Of a stretch of 64,000 nt of DNA, positions 12,238 to 24,670 are shown one piece after another. The stretch spans positions 202,559 to 266,558 of the forward strand of contig NW_003314337.1 of the NCBI RefSeq assembly GCF_000143415.4, written 5' to 3'. Within the stretch, counting starts at the first letter, position 1. Each line of letters starts with the position of its first letter. The translations under genes were made by a program, and so were the position numbers. Origin of the DNA: Selaginella moellendorffii (taxonomy: Eukaryota > Plantae > Lycopodiophyta). The notes below the pieces were generated by a model. The model was not told the DNA's origin and made no database searches. It was given only the letters and a program-made list of their open reading frames with translations.

Positions 12238-13963
12238 ACCTAAGCGATCGCCATCGCCATCGCCCTCTGCCCTGCTCCTCATTCGTACTACGAATGAGGT
12301 GTCCACGACCTAGGTTTTATCAGCTGAGCCCTCCGATTTTGCAGCACGACCAGGGCGGGGAAAGTCAAATTCGGCGGAGTGACGGAGCAGCTAACTCGCG
12401 AATTTCATGTTTGGAAGAAGTGGGATTATCCGTGTTGCTTTGGCTTTTCTAATGCTGTGGTGAACTACATATAACATCAAGCTGCTAGAGGAATAAAAAT
12501 ACAACACCAACCTAAACTGAATTTCATCAGTTAGTCACTCTGAAATGTGAGATTCAACCAAGTTAGTCTTGCTAGACTCTGATAAAAATGATTCCTGTGA
12601 GTCACGAAATTCCTGGAGGTACACTTGGGGTATCTACCCCTTATTAAGGGCACCATCCCTTTAGGAGTCAAAGATTAGCATTGCTAAGTAGTTAGCAAAA
12701 ACACACATTCTCCGAAAGTCAATGTGTTTAAGGTTCTTTTATATATATTTAGAACAGTTAATAAATTATTCTAAAATTCAATATAGATTATATTAATTAT
12801 GTAGAAGTTGTATAGAAGTGTTATTCATTTGGAATAAAATAACCTTGACTGTGAGAAGAAAGTATTTGCACACAAAGTTGTTCAGATGATATATATCTTG
12901 ATAAAGTAGTATATAGTAGTATATAGCTAACCATATGTAAAAATATATTTTGACAAGTAAGATCAAAAGTTTGACCTTGAGCTTTTGAAATGGTCAAAAA
13001 AATATCTAAGATGAATTATAAATTCTATTCTTAACATTTTAAAAAGCATCTGAGCATCAGAAGATCTAAGGATGATCTGTGAAATAAAAACTAGAACCTT
13101 TAAATTGTCAATTGAAAATTTTACAATCTAAGATATTTTGGGATAATAATACATATACCATTGCATAAACCCTGTAAGTAATGACATTTCTAAGCAAAAT
13201 CAAAACAATATTTTAAGTAAGCAAAGTAAGATCCAAGTAGTTAATATGGTTTATAGCAAAATCCTCAAATATCTTAACTTTAAATTTTTTCAAGAGGATC
13301 TTTTGGTGAACAATATAAATAACTAAAAATAAATATTTATTTTAATTGTGATGGCATTTTAAATGTAAAGCTTTCACTCATGCAATATTGTCATTTATAA
13401 CCATCTATTAAAATTTCAATTGCAACAATTGTTTATTTTAAAAAAGGATATATAATATTTTTTATTGTGTGAAGATTCTTAAAGGATAAAACACCTTATT
13501 CTAAGTAATAAGAGGTATAAGTAATATAACTCATTATCAAAAGAAGATATAGAATACATCCTTGAGATAAGTTTTTTTTTACATTACTATAATTACTACA
13601 TTTGTTTTATATATATAATACAATGGAATTTGAGAATATATATACTATGTTGTGTAAATATCTTACATATTCCAAGTGAATCATTTTGTAAGCTTTGTTC
13701 CATTTTATATGGCTCTTCACAATATTTCTTATTCTTGACTTGGTAGGAAATAAATATTTTGCAAACTAGGTAAATGAATTGGAAGATGTATGATTTTTTA
13801 AGATTTACTATGCATGTGAAATTTAAAAAACTGCCAAATAGCTTTAGAAAAAAATACAAAACCTAAAATTCATATAAAATAAATATTTATAGGAATATTA
13901 TTGTAAACTCTTTAATTTAGAAAGTCATTCAGCATACTATTCAAACTCAAAAGGATGCTTAAC

Positions 13964-15355
13964 TATTGCAAATATGATTGTGGATATCATAAATTATATG
14001 TTAGTGAGTCATTTCAAATATTCTTTCCTTACTGCCATGATTGTAGGAGGTTAGTATTGCTAAACCTTTTTTTAGTCTCCACATAAGATAGTTGAAAAGC
14101 TAATCCTTGCATATGCACTTAGCTAGAAAAGTATAAGAATAGAATTCCTAAGTGTTATTAGCTAAACATATTTAACCTAGTTAGAAAAACTCATTTATTG
14201 ACTTACACTTGCTAATGTTAAGAACTCCCATAGTACTGAGCTTGTGTAGCACATGTGGTTTTTACCCCTTATCCTATTATGGTTTACCATAGGGTAACCA
14301 CGATGTAGAACCTAACCTTCAATATGCCACATGTCTAAAGAACAGTGGAGTGGATCCTAAATTTCAAGGCTTTAGACCATTGAATAAAGGAACAATGCCA
14401 AACTCGTAAGCATGGAACTAAGGAGTGATGGAACCATACCACAAAGCAACTCTCGAGCATAGAGCAGTCTTTGGGACAAGCTCAAAACTTACTAAATATG
14501 GAATGTTCCTAGATTACGAATTTGGACATGGGATGAACACCATTGTGTTTAGGACAATCTCTACATTTTGTAGATATGCCAAATAAGAAAATTTAGACAC
14601 TATCCATAAATAGTATTTAAAACTAAAATGAGACTAACACAAAGGGCATGATAGCGAGGGTGTTTGGCAAACACAGTAAATTATCATTCAGCAATATTGA
14701 GGGATTAATCTCAATATGTGAAGATGCTTGCCAACCTAGTGCAAGATAGAGCAAAAGATAACTAAGAGCCAGGCCAAATATACTCAGTTAAAAACACATA
14801 AGAGTTCCTACTTTATGTCCATCTGGCTAAGTACAAGTGCTAAGCCCAGTAAATTAACACTTGAACAAGAGGGGCTGATAAAGGGAACTAGTAATACTGA
14901 CCTTCTACCGTCGTGGTAGTAAGGAAAGAATATTCAAAAGGATTAGCTGATATATAGCTTTTGATACCCAAAGTCACATTCGCGACAGCTTAGTCCCTAA
15001 ATACTCACTAGCTGATAACTTATTGTGTTTGTGAAGACACTTTTACTATCATACCCTTTATGTTAGTTCCATTCAGTCCTATTAGCTATTCATGGAAAAT
15101 GTCTAAATTTGTGAATTTAGCATTTCTATGGAATGTAAATATTGTCATTGTTATTTCTACTTCCAAATTTGCAATTTAACACCATTCTATATTTAGTAAG
15201 TTTCCATAATTATCCTAGAGATTAACTCTTGAGATTAGGGTGAAAGCCCAAAGCATATGTTCCTTAGAGGGGGTTTGTGAGGGGTTCCAAATGTATAACA
15301 AGGATAATGGGTAGGTCGGGCATGGCCAACTAATTTGAGGCATAGTTTAACTCAC
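13964..15355 (+). mobile_element. Old, heavily decayed and 3'-truncated LTR of the TGTCGCGAATG family, interrupted by a solo LTR
   Basis: 13964-14244 and 14988-15355 align collinearly to the LTR at 33268 onward, with many C>T and G>A changes (e.g. ttccttactgccatga, ggtgaaagcccaaagc, ggttccaaatgtata). Confidence 0.75.
14245..14987 (-). mobile_element. Solo LTR of the LARD (element A) family, internally deleted
   Basis: TGTAGC...CGCGACA termini are the reverse complement of the A LTR ends. 5-bp TSD GCTTG/GCTTA with one transition. Confidence 0.85.
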
Positions 15356-16671
15356 CATATAGAAAAAATAAAGGATAAACTATAAAATAATTTTAAGAAA
15401 CTTTAATAGAGCTTTGGTTTTTATATTCAGGGGTTCTAATATTGAAAACTTAAGTGGTAGATGTCTATATTACTTTAAAATATATAGTCAAATTTATCAC
15501 ATGATTGCTCCAGCACATCCTCCTACTAATGCACCACTAAAAAATAGATAATAAAATGAAAAATCCATTTAATACAACCTATGATCCAAATTTGTTGTTA
15601 CAATGAGATCATATGCTATGAATAACAAACTTATATGTAAAAGCTTTTCAAATGATGTACACTTTAGAATCATAAGGGCACTATTGTTCACTTAGTTATG
15701 GCACTCCAAAATGTGGTATTCGTATGTTAATCAAAAGTAAAGGTACTAATATATATGTCAATATTATTGTTTTCACTTCTAATGATGGTCAACCATCTTT
15801 TGATGGAGAAAAATATATATCCATATGGGTCACACTTTAAATATTTTTATTATCAATAAATATTTTGACCCAAAAGTTTGAGTGTTTATTTCCATCAAAA
15901 AGCACACCTAAAACAAAAGGCAAAGACAAAAGTTAAGGCAAGTAAAGTGGGTGGTAGGAGAAAGTTGTCTTTCCACAATTTCCACAACCTTGACTGAGAA
16001 GAAAGTGTAAGACTGCCATATACCATCTCATCACCATCTTGGAGCATAGTTTTATATTAAAAGTATGCCACCATATCCCTCTTTTTAAATTAGATTAGGT
16101 AGGTTGACATTTCTAAGCTTATGCTGCTATTTATATCGTAAATGTCTAAATTTCTTAGCTTTCAAATAAGCCTCTCTAGCCAAGTTTGCACTAATCCAAT
16201 AGCCTCTTTCATTTATGGTTGTTATTATTACTTTCATCTTGGGCAAAGTAAGTGTTTTAGTTTTCAATCTAAGTGTTGTTTCAGCTTCTACATTTGTAGA
16301 ACTACCTCTCAATTCAACCTTAGAAACTAAGCCTCTAAGGCATTTATAAATGATTTTCATGGCATTTTTTTATCTTGAACAAATGTTGAAGAGTGCAAGA
16401 ACTGTTAAATTAATATTTGTGTACATTCTAATAAGGGTAAATGCCTCTTTTTCACCTAGAGATTACAGTTAAAATTGAAAACTTAATTGAATCAGATTGA
16501 AGAAGCAAGTCCCAACCAATATATGCTTGGTTTAATCACCCCACAAGTAGTCCTATCGAAATGACAATAGTATTTTTCTATTGCAATCTACTCTTTTCTA
16601 TTGGAATTTTTTTTTAAAATGTGTCTTGATGCCTTAACTTTGTAAAGTACTAAGAGGTATTCATTGTCACT

Positions 16672-17040
16672 TTGGATCCTCCGACAACTTGTGCTAATGG
16701 TATAGATATTCATAATACTATAAAACATAGTGGAGTTGAAACTAATATTGGTTTCTATAATAGCCTTGATCAAACCACTTCAACAAATATTCATAATCAA
16801 GAAAATGTTCAGCATGAAGATGTGGGAAACAACATTAATAGTGACAGACATGACAATGAAGACCACATAAATTTTGACAGTGACAATATTGTGAAATTAG
16901 CAAATTAAAGATTTTATGATGATCACACCACACATATGTTCAATATTGGAAATATGTCTTCTTCATGTACTCACTATGATGCATTATATTTTAAAAATGA
17001 ATCTAGCTTTATATGCTATCAAATGGAGACGTTTCTGGCA
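16672..17040 (+). pseudogene. Relic of a Helitron RepHel N-terminal zinc-finger region
   Basis: Reading through the stop at 16906 gives FNIGNMSSSCTHYDALYFKNESSFICYQ. Reverting G>A changes restores the IGxM..CxHCGALxFxxE..CC pattern typical of Helitron N-termini. No Rep or helicase core follows. Confidence 0.5.
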
Positions 17041-19259
17041 AACTATCACAATAGCACCAGAGTCAACCTGCAATACAATACAAAGTGAAGACAAATTTAG
17101 GGTTATGACAAACATGAAGCCAAAAAAATTAGTAAATTAAAGTTTATAATTCTCATTTGTAGCTAAGTTTTTATCTTTTATTATTGCCTCTTCTTATTAT
17201 TATTATCATCCTTTCTTATTGTCCCCTTTTTTTAACCATTCATTACCTTTGCTAAGTAATGTTGGAAATTTATAACCTGTGGAACTTGTTAAGTGCCTCT
17301 CTCATCATAAAAGCTTAAAAAAGGAAGTGTCCTTTGAAGTGGAGTAGATTCCTCAAGTGTTTTAATAGCAAAAGATAGCTTGTAAGATATGAATAATTCT
17401 CTAAACTATCCTAGAGGGAGGCCATAAGCTTGGTTGATATAGCAGTCTTCTATGGGGACCTTGTGTTTAGAACCATCAATAGCATGAAGGATGTTGTAAT
17501 TTGAAATAATTCTTATTATTATTGCAATTCTTGTAAAAGCCAAAGTTGTTGGAGATGTTCAACCTCTTGCAAATATAGCAAGAGTAGTTCATTGACACCT
17601 CCCATGGATGATAGGGATGAAATAGTTAGTTATCTACAACATGAAGCTAAGAACAACACAAAAATGTATAAGCAAAAACATGCCCTTGTAAACCAATTAC
17701 AGCATAAAGCTATTATTGCACATAAATGATCTATCAGATCTTGCCATGCTTTGTGATTAGGCAATTTGTACATAATAATGCATGGAGCAACATAATAGAT
17801 ATTCATTTAATCTGTGTCTTGCAAATTATAGAAGATCTTACATGCCATTTCTCTTGCAAACCAAGCCTTAGGCTCTTGGAATATGTGTCACATGTCACTA
17901 AGAATTTTGACCTAGTGTAAGGGTCATCAAACTTTGGAAACTATATATATATGTACTTTGTATTTCTCTTCAAATGTGTCACCAATATAAATAACATTGA
18001 TGTTGAATTGTGTCTGGTCAATGGATATAATAGCAGCACCAACAACATTAAACTGCATAACTTACAAGTCTTAATAGTGAGTGAACACTAGTGATGCCCA
18101 CAATATCAAGTTAAGATTGGCTATTCATGCACTAACAACTGGTTGTCAATTTCAATGCATCACAAGTGAGCACCTTGGTAGAACTTTGGATTTTTGTGCT
18201 TTAGCATAAAGTTCTAAATGCAGAGCCACATTCATGGCAAGAAGAAGTAGATTTGTGCAAGTTTGAAAGATAGTATCACAATACACAAGTGCACTCCAAG
18301 CCAGTCTATAACACCAGCACTAAGAAAGAATAACATGGTAAGACGATATACTAATTTCCTGTTGGAAGTCAAAGATCCTATAGTAACAAAGCACATATAT
18401 AAGTAGTGGGTTAGTATTGCAAAAGAATGTAAGTCAACAATGTGTTGAAGTGGATATTGTGACTCTGTTGTGATTGATGACCAAAATTTTGGCTAGCTCT
18501 AGAAAATGAATTATACAATGAAGAATTACATCCTATTAAAACAAGGGAAGAAGTTTTATTAAATGCGTATAGGTCTAGTGTATTGATGCAAGTGAGAGGT
18601 GATTTAAAAATTGGGATATTTAGAGTTAAACATATTTGGGTTTGAGTGGGTGAGATTTCTCAAGAAGTCCCACCTAACCCAATACTACTCAAACCTAAAT
18701 ACACTTAACCAAACTCAAAAAGTCTAAACTCAAAAGTTTGCAACGAGATTATACATAATTAAAGCATTGAGAGTTTTACACTAAAAATGCGAATGTTGTG
18801 ATATCACCAATAAAGCTCTCCTCTAAAACTGTCTCCTCTATTCTATTTACATTCTCTCTATCTGGTCATGGAACAACCTCTTCTACACTCTTAGCAAAAG
18901 CAATGTTAAGGGTGGACATGAACTCAAAAGTTGGTGTCTCTATTTCAAGTCTTCTCACTGCCCATAGTGTCATGACGAAAAGAAGCAAAATAACATAAAT
19001 ATGTAAAGAATGCTAATTAGATAAAGGAATTTGGAGTAGTTTTGGCTTATTATATAATACGAGCATAAATATTTCCAATCTCCACAATAATCATCAAATA
19101 AAGTTGATGTATGTTAGGTGAGTGGGTATTTATAATTGCATTATTTGATAAATGGATATATAGTGAAAGTCATTTTTTCTTGCAAGATCCTTATAACTGT
19201 AAGACAAATCACATGTAACTATTTTAACAACATGCAAAAAATTAGAATGGAATCCACAT

Positions 19260-20410
19260 ACCTTAGGTGTCAAGACCAAGTGTGTAAAACTTGAATTTCT
19301 CCATGTCTTGGTATTTTTCAAGTTTACTATAGATCTTGAAATTAAAAATCTTTGAACAGATATGTAAAGAGAATGCAAGATAATTCTCATCTCACATTGT
19401 AGCTAGTTCTTTGGTCGACAAGTCTACAATTTCTTGTGCAGCCTCTTGAAATGCAACAGCCCACATATGGCTGCTACTATCCGCTATGCACATCTTTAGA
19501 GCATACTTGAACTCCATCTGTGTCTCAAAATTGCAAGAGTTACAGAACTACCCATCTATTGTTTGGGTAATCTTTTTGCCACATTGCCATCCATTCACAA
19601 GATTGATGCACTGTAATAAAACTCATTTGTCTTCATTTCCTTCATAGTGGCTATCACTCTATAAATAAGGGAGCTTTCCAACACCTTTAACTGCAACTTT
19701 GATATCTTTGACCAAGTCATAGTGCAGTTAATAGTCTGTCTCAATAATGATGTGTTCAAATGTATGAATTTAGTGACATTGTAGTATAATGACTTCCACT
19801 CTCACAAATCAGTCACCACTTTCATTTCCAATTTATTCTAACACCAATTGCTGAAAGTGATTTACCACTATCTTTACACATATAATTGGGTGAACCCCAC
19901 TTTCTATCCTCTCCTATATGTATGGGGATATCCTTTTATGTCTACTTTTAAATCCCATAGGCACAAGTCAACACTATGGCCTGATTCATCATATAGACAT
20001 AGTGTTCTCTTTTTCACATCACACAATCTCACAATAATTGCATCAATGCATATTACAATGTCAATCACGTCAACAAAGGAGTCTTTTTCCACTTGACACA
20101 TCTCTAAGATGCTTTTTCTCACAAGGACAATTTTTGGGAATGATGTATCCTCATCCAGCACAGTAAACTCTATACCTTTGTTAGCTTGAATCTCCCAGGT
20201 CACTTTAAATGGTGGATTAAAACATTGTATTCCACCACTCCCAGAAAATGAATACACAGTGTCCTGGAAAATCTTATCAGACAAAGCCACCACACAGTCA
20301 TCGGAATTGACAATTCTGATCTCTATTCCTTGGACATCAACAACGTCAAATGATATTATGCATCCTAATCTTTTCATGTTGAAATGTTGACTCTTGCACG
20401 AAATGACCAC
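19260..20410 (-). pseudogene. RPA70/RPA1-like OB-fold pseudogene, probably Helitron-borne
   Basis: DSFVDVIDIV...KKRTLCLYDESGHSVDLCLWD (DBD-B-like) and QCINLVNGWQCGKKI...FCNSC...YALKMCIADSSSHMWAVAFQEAAQEIV (DBD-C Zn ribbon). Stops and frameshifts present. Confidence 0.75.
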
Positions 20411-21469
20411 TTGTAAGAATAGTCGCTGATTTCTTTGATGTACACCTCTTTTATAGCAGCCTTTTTTGAGCTCTCTCCCTATAACAACTGAAACAATCTA
20501 GAGATCATGTATCCAGAATGATGGGCCACCAAACTATTTGCAACACATGAAACTTTTTTTTATTGTATTTTGGGGACTGGCTCGGAGCAAGGATAAACAT
20601 GTTTAATTGTAAAGTAACTTTTCCATAGACACTTGACCACGTTTTTATCCTTGGCAAGTTCAAATGTTATATAATAGTTATTCAGAATGAAAAGCAAAAA
20701 ATGGTTTTACCACTTTCATGTCTTGAAGGACAAGGTTTGTGTGTGTGCACTTCCATACTCCACCATCCAAGAAGCATGCATCCGATACAATTAATGACCT
20801 GCATAATCATTTGTGTTTATTCTGCTTTGTTAAATAAGAAAACACATTTACTGTTTCCCATTTATCTCGAGGAAAGTGTAGTTCAGGAATTTCACAAATG
20901 AATTCAGACAGATACCCCACAAAGCTATTAAACCTGAAACTTGATGTGATGCAATAGCCTTAAGTGTTTCATTGTCGTTTGCAATAGAAAACTTTTTTGG
21001 TCAATCTATGTTCATAACACACAACACCAGTTCCTTATTTGAATTTTCACTTTTCTGTTCCCATCATCTATACACTTCATGGTCGCTCATGAGGGTTGCT
21101 GGCTGCTAGGATATTTAAAAAGTCATCTATTAAAAAGAATTTTCTAAACTGCCATAGTTTGCGTACATATTGATCAAACCATTGGCAACCATGTTATTTC
21201 TACCTTGATATATAGGGAAACAAATAAAAAAGTGTTGATTACAAATCATTGTCAAAGTTTATATGGAAAGAAAGAGATGCAACTTATATCTATAACTCTT
21301 GGGAACAAGCCAAAAGCACTCAAGGTCAACTTTTGCATGTCACATGTCACATGTCACACTGGTCTATCACTAAAACTTAACTTAAAAAAAACGAAATGAC
21401 TAAATACTGACTGACTCACTCCTGACAGCTTAAAGCCGGTTGCAAGAGATTGAACAGGTGTTTGGAAAA

Positions 21470-21920
21470 TTTAGGAGGATACAATAGGAAGAATTCCAGG
21501 CCGTTGGTACCAAAAGAGAGCCTGACCCGTCTTATCTATTTCACATCCTTCAATAGTCTGGCCCATACCTAGGTAAACATAGATACATTGTCCTGCTATC
21601 CGGTTATCCCTACATTGTAATTTCCTGCTTTCCAAAACAGGGAACATCTTCTTGGCTACAGTGTACAAACAACTACCTCATTGTTTTGTGGAGCATCCTT
21701 TTGATTTGGCAGAAAATCAAGTAAGTCAGTAGGCATGCACTTGATCTTTAGCTTCTTATACTGGTTTCTGGTCACACCAACGTTTCTCTTTTCAGCCTTT
21801 CTTAGGATCTGTCAGGGACCGATGCCTCTGGCAATGCATCCTGTTCTATATAACGAAAGGACTATGCAGATTATTCACGAATATTCATGCGTCTCAGCGC
21901 AAGTCAACCTTCAGATAATT
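21470..21920 (+). pseudogene. Unidentified intron-containing gene fragment
   Basis: Two short GT-AG introns (about 21572-21640 and 21721-21795) flank coding-like exons such as NIFLATVYKQLPHCFVEHPFDLAENQ; in-frame stops nearby. Confidence 0.35.
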
Positions 21921-23259
21921 CAGTAGCACATTGCTGAAAATGAAAATGAGCTTGTGAGAATGAAGATCGCTCCCCACCTAGTGGAACCCAGGACGGCCCT
22001 CGTAGAGGGGCGAGGTAAAAGTCCCGTCTCCACCGCTGAGCTCCACCAGCATGCGCCCATAGTAAACCGAGCACCTGGTGCCCAACTTGGTCATATCGCA
22101 GTTGCCAAACACGAAATCGTTGCACCCACCATCCACTACGTAGAAATCCATGCAGCCTTTGTACCTGCCAGTCGTCAAAAAAGCAATTGTTCTTATTCTG
22201 CCCATGAGTGAGCTTGTAGGTGCTTGTATGTTGCCTTTATTTCCTATTGCACTCTTCTTATCCCCGGGTCATCACCTTGAGTGGTACAAAGGCTGGGATT
22301 CATTTTGGGGGGAGTTTCTTAAGTTTGGGTTGGGGTTTTTAAAACCCCCCCCCCCCCCCCCCCCACCTGGCACCCTCTTTTCTCACTCTCGGAAGCAAAA
22401 ACCCTGCAATCCTAGCCTCTAGCAATACAAGGTGTGTATTCTTTTTATATTTTCTTTAGCTTTGTGCTTTGTAAACTAATTGGTTGATTGAATAGAGTTT
22501 AAGGACTAGGGAACATTGAGGACCTTCCTTTTAAATGTTCTGATCAGTACATCTTTACTGATAGGGAAACTTTACATGTTTACTTTCATTTTTCTTTCAT
22601 ATGGCACTATCTTTCCCCTTTTTTTGATAGTACCATTTCTAGAAGGTGATGGAAAATAAGGTGATTCAAGCAACATGCTGGGCATGGGAAAGATTGACCA
22701 TAGTGAGTCACTTGATATATTGGGTATGGCATTTTTTTCCACTTTATGTGAAAAGTTAATACAAAAAACTCAGAACTTGTTTGACAAGTGAATTAAGCCA
22801 TTTGCCATTTTCTGGGCATATATTCCACTTAAATCCAAATCTAGTGAGTTGATAAGTTGTCACACACATTTGATAACACCAGAAGCAATGACAGACCAAA
22901 GTCTTTTTGGCAAAGGAAGTCTCATCAGTGTTGAAACGAAAGACATGTAAGACATATCATGCTTATGATCAAAGTATTCATTTTCTTTTGTGGCTATTGA
23001 GTGTAATAGTCTTTTGGTTTGTATTTGATCTTTGGTTCTTTCGTGAGTGCACATTTAGTCCCACTGTAAGGTGCTGGTCCTGGTTCAATTCTGACACTAT
23101 TGATGCTTTTGAGAAAAGAGAAAAGAGCACTCCAATCCAGCCCTTCTTCAATGACACAAGCTATGCAACTAGATTCTCCAGGAGCTTGTGGAGGGCATCT
23201 TTGCAGCACAAGATCAACATCCCACAAAGCGTGGACAAGGAGTGACAAGCGTGATCTCA

Positions 23260-23627
23260 AGTGCTTGCCTTGCAGTTGTGATCTTGTCTTTCCTCATGAT
23301 CTAGTGGCTGTTCAGAATGAAATAACCAAAGTCTACCACTTCTAGGTCAGTTTGCTTAAATATGCATCTAGAGCTCATCAAATTGCCACTAAACTCGATG
23401 GTTAGGAGGGTGGGAAGAACAAAGTACATTATTACTATCAATGGCGAGCTCCCAGGAACAACGATCTATGCCAATGACAGTGATAAGCTTCTTATCACAG
23501 TAACGAACATTGGGTCTCAAAAGTTCTAAAACATTCTGTAATCTAATGCTCTATCACAAGTATGGAATCTGGCAATTTAGGAAGCCCTAGTTCGATGCCC
23601 AGGCTATGTCATGCAATGTCCTCTCAA
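23260..23627 (+). pseudogene. Laccase / multicopper oxidase 5' fragment (signal peptide to first part of exon 3)
   Basis: ACLAVVILSFLMI..EITKVYHF, then RTKYIITINGELPGTTIYANDSDKLLITVTN, then YGIWQFRKP*FD-PGYVMQCPL. This matches laccase T..NG.FPGPT and HGIRQ...DGP.Y.TQCP motifs, with stops and frameshifts. Confidence 0.8.
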
Positions 23628-23830
23628 GTGAAGCTAATTGTATTGGCAGCCCAGCATAAATGCAATGAGTGGCATTGTGGATCCCAGGGACCGCTTCAGT
23701 TGCAAGGGGATCCTCTAGCCTTGGAGACTCACACTTCAACTTGGCTGTGGAAAGTTTTGGTGATAGCGTAAGTAGTGCAGCAAAACTGGTTTGCAATTCT
23801 GAGCTACATGTCTGGCATTTTCCATTGCAT

Positions 23831-24044
23831 AGGTAAATCACATAGTATTTTATTCTGTTCACTTATGTTATTAATCAAGTGGCACTACAAAGTGCTGGAA
23901 AGACATCTCTATATTAGCCAGGGTGGTGGCATTAGCATGAATACTGATACAGAAGGTTTTTTCCAAACATGGAGAGGTGTTTTATGCGGTGTAGGATACA
24001 TAGATGTGGTAGGCATTAACTTGCAGGTTAAAATTTCTTCCTAT
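23831..24044 (+). pseudogene. Decayed copy of an intron+exon segment of the lipase gene (source about 5346-5120, minus strand), left half
   Basis: AGGTAAATCACATAG...TTCACTTATGTTATTAATCAAGTGGCAC...GCTGGAAAGACATCTCTATATT...AACTTGCAGGT matches the reverse complement of 5120-5346, including intron sequence. Confidence 0.9.
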
Positions 24045-24570
24045 TGTCGCGAATGTGACTTCGGGTATCGAAAGTTACCTGTCGACCAGTCCTTACGGAC
24101 ACTCTTACCTTACTGCCACGATGGCAGGAAGTCGGTATTGCTGGACCTTTATTGGCCCCTCTTGTTCAAGTGTTAGTAAACTGGACTTAGCATCTGTACT
24201 TGGCCGGATGAGCATAAGGACGGAATTCCTAAGTGTCTATTTGGCCAAGCATATTTGGCCCGGCTTTTTAGTTCTCTTTTGCTCTGTCTTGCACTGGCTT
24301 GACAAGAACCCTCGCGTATTGAGATTGGTCCCTCAATATCACTGGATGATAGCTTACCGTGTTTGCCAAACACCCTCGCTATCATGCCCTTTGTGTTAGT
24401 CTCAATTCGTCCTAAATGCTATTTATGGAAAGTGTCCAGATTTGCTCATTTGGCATATCTACGGAATGTAGAGATCGGCCTGAACACAATGTGTTCGTCC
24501 CCATGCTACACGCAACCAGCTATCTCATCAACTGCACTGCCTCATTCGCAATCTAAGGACATTCCATATT

Positions 24571-24670
24571 NNNNNNNNNNNNNNNNNNNNNNNNNNNNNN
24601 NNNNNNNNNNNNNNNNNNNNNNNNNNNNNNNNNNNNNNNNNNNNNNNNNNNNNNNNNNNNNNNNNNNNNN
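24571..24670. other. Assembly gap (further gaps at 33831-33930 and 51886-52147)
   Basis: N runs. The first two coincide with the poly-G tract of the LTR family. Confidence 0.99.

Noticed and set aside
16600-21360. Complete autonomous Helitron
   Set aside because: No HUH Rep or PIF1 helicase motifs and no clear 3' hairpin-CTRR end were found; only relics are supported.
24503-24545. Unique insertion in the 5' LTR of element A
   Set aside because: It lies just before an N gap and is absent from the 3' LTR, so it is probably low-quality contig-end sequence.
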